A stretch of DNA of 64,000 nt from Eledone cirrhosa (Eukaryota): assembly GCA_964016885.1 (NCBI GenBank), contig OZ024744.1, positions 2,356,001 through 2,420,000 of the forward strand, written 5' to 3'. The position numbers were made by a program, and so were the translations under genes. Shown here piece by piece: positions 52,051 to 62,800 of this stretch (its first letter is position 1; each line of letters starts with the position of its first letter). The notes under the pieces are model-generated. The model was not told the origin of the DNA, ran no database searches, and worked only from the letters and a program-made list of their open reading frames with translations.

Positions 52051-55000
52051 TCTACCTTGTCTTCCCACAAAACGTCGTTCTTCACCAAGCTATCTTTCTC
52101 TACCCATTCTTCCCTCAAAACTTCGTTCTTCACCAAGCTATCTTTCTCTACCTTGTCTTCCCCCAAAACTTCGTTCTTCCCCAAGCTATATTTCTCTACC
52201 TTACCTTCCCTCAAAACTTCGTTCTTCATCAAGCTATCTTTCTCTACTTTGTCTTCACTCAAAACGTCGTTCTTCACCAAGCTATCTTTCTCTACCTTGT
52301 CTTCCCTCAAAACTTCGTTCTTCATCAAGCTATCTTTCTCTACCTTGTCTTCCCACAAAACTTCGTTCTTCACCAAGCTATCTTTCTCTACCTTGTCTCC
52401 CCTCAAAACGTCGTTCTTCACCAAGCTATGTTTCTCTACCCATTCTTCCCTCAAAACATCGTTCTTCACCAAGCTATCTTTCTCTACCTTGTCTCCCCCA
52501 AAAGTTCGTTCTTCACCAAGCTATCTTTCTCTACCTTATCTTCCCTCAACACTTCGTTCTTCATCAAGCTATCTTTCTCTACCTTGTCTTCCCTCAAAAC
52601 GTCGTTCTTCACCAAGCTATCTTTCTCTACCTTGTCTTCCCCCAACACTTCGTTCTTCATCAAGCTATCTTTCTCTACCTTGTCTTCCCTCAAAACGTCG
52701 TTCTTCACCAAGCTATCTTTCTCTACCTTGTCTTCCCTCAAAACTTCGTTCTTCACCAAGCTATCTTTCTCTACCTTGTCTTCCCCCAAAACTCCGTCCT
52801 TCACCAAGCTATCTTTCTCTACCTTGTCCTCCCCCAAAACTTCGTTCTTCACCAAGCTATCTGTCTCTACCTTGTCTTCCCTCAAAACGTCTTTCTTCAC
52901 CAAGCTATCTTTCTCTACCTTGTCTTCCCTCAAAACTTCGTTCTTCACCAGGCTATCTTTCTCTACCTTGTCTACCCCCAAAACTTCGTTCTTCACCAAG
53001 CTATCTTTCTCTACCTTGTCTTCCCTCAAAACTTCGTTCTTCACCAAGCTATCTTTCTCTACCTTGTCTTCCCCCAAAACTTCGTTCTTCACCAAGCTAT
53101 CTTTCACTACCTTGTCTTCACCAACAACTTCGTTCTTCACCAAGCTATCTTTCTCTACCTTGTCTTCCCTCAAAACTTCGTTCTTCATCAAGCTATCTTT
53201 GTCTACCTTGTCTTCCCACAAAACGTCGTTCTTCACCAAGCTATCTTTCTCTACCCATTCTTCCCTCAAAACTTCGTTCTTCACCAAGCTATCTTTCTCT
53301 ACCTTGTCTTCCCCCAAAACTTCGTTCTTCCCCAAGCTATATTTCTCTACCTTACCTTCCCTCAAAACTTCGTTCTTCATCAAGCTATCTTTCTCTACTT
53401 TGTCTTCACTCAAAACGTCGTTCTTCACCAAGCTATCTTTCTCTACCTTGTCTTCCCTCAAAACTTCGTTCGTTCTTCATCAAGCTATCTTTCTCTACCT
53501 TGTCTTCCCTCAAAACGTCGTTCGTCACCAAGCTATCTTTCTCTACCTTGTCTTCCCCCAAAACTTCGTTCTTCACCAAGCTATCTTTCACTACCTTGTC
53601 TTCACCAACAACTTCGTTCTTCACCAAGCTATCTTTCCCTACCTTGTCTTCCCTCAAAACTTCGTTCTTCATCAAGCTATCTTTATCTACCTTGTCTTCC
53701 CACAAAACGTCGTTCTTCACCAAGCTATCTTTCTCTACCTTGTCTCCCCTCAAAACGTCGTTCTTCACCAAGCTATCTTTCTCTACCCATTCTTCCCTCA
53801 AAACTTCGTTCTTCACCAAGCTATCTTTCTCTATCTTGTCTTCCCCAACACTTCGTTCTTCATCAAGCTATCTTTCTCTACCTTGTCTTCCCTCAAAACG
53901 TCTTTCTTCACCAAGCTATCTTTCTCTACCTTGTCTTCCCTCAAAACTTCGTTCTTCACCAAGCTATCTTTCTCTACCTTGTCTTCCCCCAAAACTCCGT
54001 TCTTCACCAAGCTATCTTTCTCTACCTTGTCCTCCCCCAAAATTTCGTTCTTCATGAAGCTATCTTTCTCTACCTTGTCTTCCCTCAAAACGTCGTTCTT
54101 CACCAAGCTATCTTTCTCTACCCATTCTTCCCTCAAAACTTCGTTCTTCACCAAGCTATCTTTCTCTACCTTGTCTTCCCCTAAAACTTCGTTCTTCACC
54201 AAGCTATCTTTCTCTACCTTGCCTTCCCTCAAAACTTCGTTCTTCATCAAGCTATCTTTCTCTACTTTGTCTTCCTTCAAAACGTCGTTCTTCACCAAGC
54301 TATCTTTCTCTACCTTGTCTTCCCCAAAACTTCGTTCTTCACCAAGCTATCTTTCTCTACCTTGTCTTCCTTCAAAACTTCGTTCTTCACCAAGCTATCT
54401 TTCTCTACCTTGTCTTCCCTCAAAACTCCGTTCTTCATCAAGCTATCTTTCTCTACCTTGTCTTCCCCCAAAACTTCGTTCTTCACCAAGCTATCTTTCA
54501 CTACCTTGTCTTCACCAACAACTTCGTTCTTCACCAAGCTATCTTTCTCTAGCATGTCTTCCCTCAAAACTTCCTTCTTCACCAAGCTATCTTTCTCTAT
54601 CTTGTCTTCCCCCAACACTTCGTTCTTCATCAAGCTATCTTTCTCTACCTTGTCTTCCCTCAAAACGTCTTTCTTCACCAAGCTATCTTTCTCTACCTTG
54701 TCTTCCCTTAAAACTTCGTTCTTCACCAAGCTATCTTTCTCTACCTTGTCTTCCCCCAAAACTCCGTTCTTCACCAAGCTATCTTTCTCTACCTTGTCCT
54801 CCCCCAAGACTTCGTTCTTCATCAAGCTATCTTTCTCTACCTTGTCTTCCCTCAAAACGTCGTTCTTCACCAAGCTATCTTTCTCTACCCATTCTTCCCT
54901 CAAAACTTCGTTCTTCACCAAGCTATCTTTCTCTACCTTGTCTTCCCCCAAAACTTCGTTCTTCACCAAGCTATCTTTCTCTACCTTGCCTTCCCTCAAA

Positions 55001-58000
55001 ACTTCGTTCTTCATCAAGCTAACTTTCTCTACTTTTTCTTCCTTCAAAACGTCGTTCTTGACCAAGCTATCTTTCTGTACCTTGTCTTCCCTCAAAACGT
55101 CGTTCTTCACCAAGCTATCTTTCCTACCCATTCTTCCCTCAAAACTTCGTTCTTCACCAAGCTATCTTTCTCTACCTTGTCTTCCCCCAAAACTTCGTTC
55201 TTCACCAAGCTATCTTTCTCTACCTTGTCTTCCCTCAAAACTTCGTTCTTCACCAAGCTATCTTTCTCTACCTTGTCTTCCCCCAAAACTTCGTTCCTCA
55301 CCAAGCTATCTTTCTCTACCTTGTCTTCCCTCAAAACTTCGTTCTTCACCAAGCTATCTTTCTTTACCTCGTCTTCCCCAAAAACTTCGTTCTTCACCAA
55401 GCTATCTTTCTCTACCTCGTCTTCCCTCAAAACGTCGTTCGTCACCAAGCTATCTTTCTCTACCTTGTCTTCCCCCAAAACTTCGTTCTTCACCAAGCTA
55501 TCTTTCACTACCTTGTCTTCACCAACAACTTCGTTCTTCACCAAGCTATCTTTCTCTACCTTGTCTTCCCTCAAAACTTCGTTCTTCATCAAGCTATCTT
55601 TATCTACCTTGTCTTCCCACAAAACGTCGTTCTTCACCAAGCTATCTTTCTCTACCTTGTCTCCCCTCAAAACGTCGTTCTTCACCAAGCTATCTTTCTC
55701 TACCCATTCTTCCCTCAAAACTTCGTTCTTCACCAAGCTATCTTTCTCTATCTTGTCTTCCCCCAACACTTCGTTCTTCATCAAGCTATCTTTCTCTACC
55801 TTGTCTTCCCTCAAAACGTCTTTCTTCACCAAGCTATCTTTCTCTACCTTGTCTTCCCTCAAAACTTCGTTCTTCACCAAGCTATCTTTCTCTACCTTGT
55901 CCTCCCCCAAAATTTCGTTCTTCATGAAGCTATCTTTCTCTACCTTGTCTTCCCACAAAACGTCGTTCTTCACCAAGCTATCTTTCTCTACCCATTCTTC
56001 CCTCAAAACTTCGTTCTTCACCAAGCTATCTTTCTCTACCTTGTCTTCCCCCAAAACTTCGTTCTTCCCCAAGCTATATTTCTCTACCTTACCTTCCCTC
56101 AAAACTTCGTTCTTCATCAAGCTATCTTTCTCTACTTTGTCTTCACTCAAAACGTCGTTCTTCACCAAGCTATCTTTCTCTACCTTGTCTTCCCTCAAAA
56201 CTTCGTTCTTCATCAAGCTATCTTTCTCTACCTTGTCTTCCCACAAAACTTCGTTCTTCACCAAGCTATCTTTCTCTACCTTGTCTCCCCTCAAAACGTC
56301 GTTCTTCACCAAGCTATGTTTCTCTACCCATTCTTCCCTCAAAACATCGTTCTTCACCAAGCTATCTTTCTCTACCTTGTCTCCCCCAAAAGTTCGTTCT
56401 TCACCAAGCTATCTTTCTCTACCTTATCTTCCCTCAACACTTCGTTCTTCATCAAGCTATCTTTCTCTACCTTGTCTTCCCTCAAAACGTCGTTCTTCAC
56501 CAAGCTATCTTTCTCTACCTTGTCTTCCCCCAACACTTCGTTCTTCATCAAGCTATCTTTCTCTACCTTGTCTTCCCTCAAAACGTCGTTCTTCACCAAG
56601 CTATCTTTCTCTACCTTGTCTTCCCTCAAAACTTCGTTCTTCACCAAGCTATCTTTCTCTACCTTGTCTTCCCCCAAAACTCCGTCCTTCACCAAGCTAT
56701 CTTTCTCTACCTTGTCCTCCCCCAAAACTTCGTTCTTCACCAAGCTATCTGTCTCTACCTTGTCTTCCCTCAAAACGTCTTTCTTCACCAAGCTATCTTT
56801 CTCTACCTTGTCTTCCCTCAAAACTTCGTTCTTCACCAGGCTATCTTTCTCTACCTTGTCTACCCCCAAAACTTCGTTCTTCACCAAGCTATCTTTCTCT
56901 ACCTTGTCTTCCCTCAAAACTTCGTTCTTCACCAAGCTATCTTTCTCTACCTTGTCTTCCCCCAAAACTTCGTTCTTCACCAAGCTATCTTTCACTACCT
57001 TGTCTTCACCAACAACTTCGTTCTTCACCAAGCTATCTTTCTCTACCTTGTCTTCCCTCAAAACTTCGTTCTTCATCAAGCTATCTTTGTCTACCTTGTC
57101 TTCCCACAAAACGTCGTTCTTCACCAAGCTATCTTTCTCTACCCATTCTTCCCTCAAAACTTCGTTCTTCACCAAGCTATCTTTCTCTACCTTGTCTTCC
57201 CCCAAAACTTCGTTCTTCCCCAAGCTATATTTCTCTACCTTACCTTCCCTCAAAACTTCGTTCTTCATCAAGCTATCTTTCTCTACTTTGTCTTCACTCA
57301 AAACGTCGTTCTTCACCAAGCTATCTTTCTCTACCTTGTCTTCCCTCAAAACTTCGTTCGTTCTTCATCAAGCTATCTTTCTCTACCTTGTCTTCCCTCA
57401 AAACGTCGTTCGTCACCAAGCTATCTTTCTCTACCTTGTCTTCCCCCAAAACTTCGTTCTTCACCAAGCTATCTTTCACTACCTTGTCTTCACCAACAAC
57501 TTCGTTCTTCACCAAGCTATCTTTCCCTACCTTGTCTTCCCTCAAAACTTCGTTCTTCATCAAGCTATCTTTATCTACCTTGTCTTCCCACAAAACGTCG
57601 TTCTTCACCAAGCTATCTTTCTCTACCTTGTCTCCCCTCAAAACGTCGTTCTTCACCAAGCTATCTTTCTCTACCCATTCTTCCCTCAAAACTTCGTTCT
57701 TCACCAAGCTATCTTTCTCTATCTTGTCTTCCCCAACACTTCGTTCTTCATCAAGCTATCTTTCTCTACCTTGTCTTCCCTCAAAACGTCTTTCTTCACC
57801 AAGCTATCTTTCTCTACCTTGTCTTCCCTCAAAACTTCGTTCTTCACCAAGCTATCTTTCTCTACCTTGTCTTCCCCCAAAACTCCGTTCTTCACCAAGC
57901 TATCTTTCTCTACCTTGTCCTCCCCCAAAATTTCGTTCTTCATGAAGCTATCTTTCTCTACCTTGTCTTCCCTCAAAACGTCGTTCTTCACCAAGCTATC

Positions 58001-59826
58001 TTTCTCTACCCATTCTTCCCTCAAAACTTCGTTCTTCACCAAGCTATCTTTCTCTACCTTGTCTTCCCCTAAAACTTCGTTCTTCACCAAGCTATCTTTC
58101 TCTACCTTGCCTTCCCTCAAAACTTCGTTCTTCATCAAGCTATCTTTCTCTACTTTGTCTTCCTTCAAAACGTCGTTCTTCACCAAGCTATCTTTCTCTA
58201 CCTTGTCTTCCCCAAAACTTCGTTCTTCACCAAGCTATCTTTCTCTACCTTGTCTTCCTTCAAAACTTCGTTCTTCACCAAGCTATCTTTCTCTACCTTG
58301 TCTTCCCTCAAAACTCCGTTCTTCATCAAGCTATCTTTCTCTACCTTGTCTTCCCCCAAAACTTCGTTCTTCACCAAGCTATCTTTCACTACCTTGTCTT
58401 CACCAACAACTTCGTTCTTCACCAAGCTATCTTTCTCTAGCATGTCTTCCCTCAAAACTTCCTTCTTCACCAAGCTATCTTTCTCTATCTTGTCTTCCCC
58501 CAACACTTCGTTCTTCATCAAGCTATCTTTCTCTACCTTGTCTTCCCTCAAAACGTCTTTCTTCACCAAGCTATCTTTCTCTACCTTGTCTTCCCTTAAA
58601 ACTTCGTTCTTCACCAAGCTATCTTTCTCTACCTTGTCTTCCCCCAAAACTCCGTTCTTCACCAAGCTATCTTTCTCTACCTTGTCCTCCCCCAAGACTT
58701 CGTTCTTCATCAAGCTATCTTTCTCTACCTTGTCTTCCCTCAAAACGTCGTTCTTCACCAAGCTATCTTTCTCTACCCATTCTTCCCTCAAAACTTCGTT
58801 CTTCACCAAGCTATCTTTCTCTACCTTGTCTTCCCCCAAAACTTCGTTCTTCACCAAGCTATCTTTCTCTACCTTGCCTTCCCTCAAAACTTCGTTCTTC
58901 ATCAAGCTAACTTTCTCTACTTTTTCTTCCTTCAAAACGTCGTTCTTGACCAAGCTATCTTTCTGTACCTTGTCTTCCCTCAAAACGTCGTTCTTCACCA
59001 AGCTATCTTTCCTACCCATTCTTCCCTCAAAACTTCGTTCTTCACCAAGCTATCTTTCTCTACCTTGTCTTCCCCCAAAACTTCGTTCTTCACCAAGCTA
59101 TCTTTCTCTACCTTGTCTTCCCTCAAAACTTCGTTCTTCACCAAGCTATCTTTCTCTACCTTGTCTTCCCCCAAAACTTCGTTCCTCACCAAGCTATCTT
59201 TCTCTACCTTGTCTTCCCTCAAAACTTCGTTCTTCACCAAGCTATCTTTCTTTACCTCGTCTTCCCCAAAAACTTCGTTCTTCACCAAGCTATCTTTCTC
59301 TACCTCGTCTTCCCTCAAAACGTCGTTCGTCACCAAGCTATCTTTCTCTACCTTGTCTTCCCCCAAAACTTCGTTCTTCACCAAGCTATCTTTCACTACC
59401 TTGTCTTCACCAACAACTTCGTTCTTCACCAAGCTATCTTTCTCTACCTTGTCTTCCCTCAAAACTTCGTTCTTCATCAAGCTATCTTTATCTACCTTGT
59501 CTTCCCACAAAACGTCGTTCTTCACCAAGCTATCTTTCTCTACCTTGTCTCCCCTCAAAACGTCGTTCTTCACCAAGCTATCTTTCTCTACCCATTCTTC
59601 CCTCAAAACTTCGTTCTTCACCAAGCTATCTTTCTCTATCTTGTCTTCCCCCAACACTTCGTTCTTCATCAAGCTATCTTTCTCTACCTTGTCTTCCCTC
59701 AAAACGTCTTTCTTCACCAAGCTATCTTTCTCTACCTTGTCTTCCCTCAAAACTTCGTTCTTCACCAAGCTATCTTTCTCTACCTTGTCCTCCCCCAAAA
59801 TTTCGTTCTTCATGAAGCTATCTTTC
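52051..59826. repeat. Tandem duplication of 3,888 bp (exactly 81 monomers)
   Basis: ORF pairs 52484/56372, 53433/57321, 53831/57719, 54310/58198 and 55107/58995 all differ by 3,888. CATGAAG occurs at 55923/59811. The junction is at ~55930-55955. Confidence 0.93.
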
Positions 59827-62800
59827 TCTACCTTGTCTTCCCTCAAAACGTCGTTCTTCACCAAGCTATCTTTCTCTACCCATTCTTCCCTCAAAACTTC
59901 GTTCTTCACCAAGCTATCTTTCTCTACCTTGTCTTCCCCTAAAACTTCGTTCTTCACCAAGCTATCTTTCTCTACCTTGCCTTCCCTCAAAACTTCGTTC
60001 TTCATCAAGCTATCTTTCTCTACTTTGTCTTCCTTCAAAACGTCGTTCTTCACCAAGCTATCTTTCTCTACCTTGTCTTCCCTCAAAACTTCGGTCGTTC
60101 TTCATCAAGCTATCTTTCTCTACCTTGTCTTCCCTCAAAACGTCGTTCTTCACCAAGCTATCTTTCTCTACCTTGTCTTCCCCAAAACTTCGTTCTTCAC
60201 CAAGCTATCTTTCACTACCTTGTCTTCACCAACAACTTCGTTCTTCACCAAGCTATCTTTCTCTAGCATGTCTTCCCTCAAAACTTCCTTCTTCACCAAG
60301 CTATCTTTCCCTACCTTGTCTTACCTCAAAACTTCGTTCTTCACCAAGCTATCTTTCTCTACCTTGTCTTCCCCCCAAAACTTCGTTCTTCACCAAGCTA
60401 TCTTTCTCTACCTTGTCTTCCTTCAAAACTTCGTTCTTCACCAAGCTATCTTTCTCTACCTTGTCTTCCCTCAAAACTCCGTTCTTCATCAAGCTATCTT
60501 TCTCTACCTTGTCTTCCCCCAAAACTTCGTTCTTCACCAAGCTATCTTTCACTACCTTGTCTTCACCAACAACTTCGTTCTTCACCAAGCTATCTTTCTC
60601 TAGCATGTCTTCCCTCAAAACTTCCTTCTTCACCAAGCTATCTTTCTCTATCTTGTCTTCCCCCAACACTTCGTTCTTCATCAAGCTATCTTTCTCTACC
60701 TTGTCTTCCCTCAAAACGTCTTTCTTCACCAAGCTATCTTTCTCTACCTTGTCTTCCCTTAAAACTTCGTTATTCACCAAGCTATCTTTCTCTACCTTGT
60801 CTTCCCCCAAAACTCCGTTCTTCACCAAGCTATCTTTCTCTACCTTGTCCTCCCCCGAGACTTCGTTCTTCATCAAGCTATCTTTCTCTACCTTGTCTTC
60901 CCTCAAAACGTCGTTCTTCACCAAGCTATCTTTCTCTACCCATTCTTCCCTCAAAACTTCGTTCTTCACCAAGCTATCTTTCTCTACCTTGTCTTCCCCC
61001 AAAACTTCGTTCTTCACCAAGCTATCTTTCTCTACCTTGCCTTCCCTCAAAACTTCGTTCTTCATCAAGCTAACTTTCTCTACTTTTTCTTCCTTCAAAA
61101 CGTCGTTCTTGACCAAGCTATCTTTCTGTACCTTGTCTTCCCTCAAAACTTCGGTCGTTCTTCATCAAGCTATCTTTCTCTACCTTGTCTTCCCTCAAAA
61201 CGTCGTTCTTCACCAAGCTATCTTTCCTACCCATTCTTCCCTCAAAACTTCGTTCTTCACCAAGCTATCTTTCTCTACCTTGTCTTCCCCCAAAACTTCG
61301 TTCTTCACCAAGCTATCTTTCTCTACCTTGTCTTCCCTCAAAACTTCGTTCTTCACCAAGCTATCTTTCTCTACCTTGTCTTCCCCCAAAACTTCGTTCC
61401 TCACCAAGCTATCTTTCTCTACCTTGTCTTCCCTCAAAACTTCGTTCTTCACCAAGCTATCTTTCTTTACCTCGTCTTCCCCCAAAACTTCGTTCTTCAC
61501 CAAGCTATCTTTCTCTACCTTGTCTTCCCTTAAAACTTCGTTCTTCATCAAGCTATCTTTATCTACCTTGTCTTCCCACAAAACGTCGTTCTTCACCAAG
61601 CTATCTTTCTCTACCTTGTCTCCCCTCAAAACGTCGTTCTTCACCAAGCTATCTTTCTCTACCCATTCTTCCCTCAAAACTTCGTTCTTCACCAAGCTAT
61701 CTTTCTCTACCTTGTCTTCCCCCAAAACTTCGTTCTTCACCAAGCTATCTTTCTCTACCTTGTCTTCCCTCAAAACTACGTTCTTCACCAAGCTATCTTT
61801 CTCTACCTTGTCTTCCCCCAAAACTTCGTTCCTCACCAAGCTATCTTTCTCTACCTTGTCTTCCCTCAAAACTTCGTTCTTCACCAAGCTATCTTTCTCT
61901 ACCTCGTCTTTCCCCAAAACTTCGTTCTTCACCAAGCTATCTTTCTCTACCTTGTCTTCCCTCAAAACGTCGTTCTTCACCAAGCTATCTTTCTCTATCT
62001 TGTCTTCCCCCAACACTTCGTTCTTCATCAAGCTATCTTTCTCTACCTTGTCTTCCCTCAAAACGTCTTTCTTCACCAAGCTATCTTTCTCTACCTTGTC
62101 TTCCCTCAAAACTTCGTTCTTCACCAAGCTATCTTTCTCTACCTTGTCTTCCCCCAAAACTCCGTTCTTCACCAAGCTATCTTTCTCTACCTTGTCCTCC
62201 CCCAAAATTTCGTTCTTCATCAAGCTATCTTTCTCTACCTTGTCTTCCCTCAAAACGTCGTTCTTCACCAAGCTATCTTTCTCTACCCATTCTTCCCTCA
62301 AAACTTCGTTCTTCACCAAGCTATCTTTCTCTACCTTGTCTTCCCCCAAAACTTCGTTCTTCACCAAGCTATCTTTCTCTACCTTGCCTTCCCTCAAAAC
62401 TTCGTTCTTCATCAAGCTATCTTTCTCTACTTTGTCTTCCTTCAAAACGTCGTTCTTCACCAAGCTATCTTTCTCTACCTTGTCTTCCCTCAAAACTTCG
62501 GTCGTTCTTCATCAAGCTATCTTTCTCTACCTTGTCTTCCCTCAAGACGTCGTTCTTCACCAAGCTATCTTTCTCTACCTTGTCTTCCCCAAAACTTCGT
62601 TCTTCACCAAGCTATCTTTCACTACCTTGTCTTCACCAACAACTTCGTTCTTCACCAAGCTATCTTTCTCTAGCATGTCTTCCCTCAAAACTTCCTTCTT
62701 CACCAAGCTATCTTTCTCTATCTTGTCTTCCCCCAACACTTCCTTCTTCATCAAGCTATCTTTCTCTACCTTGTCTTCCCTCAAAACGTCGTTCTTCACC

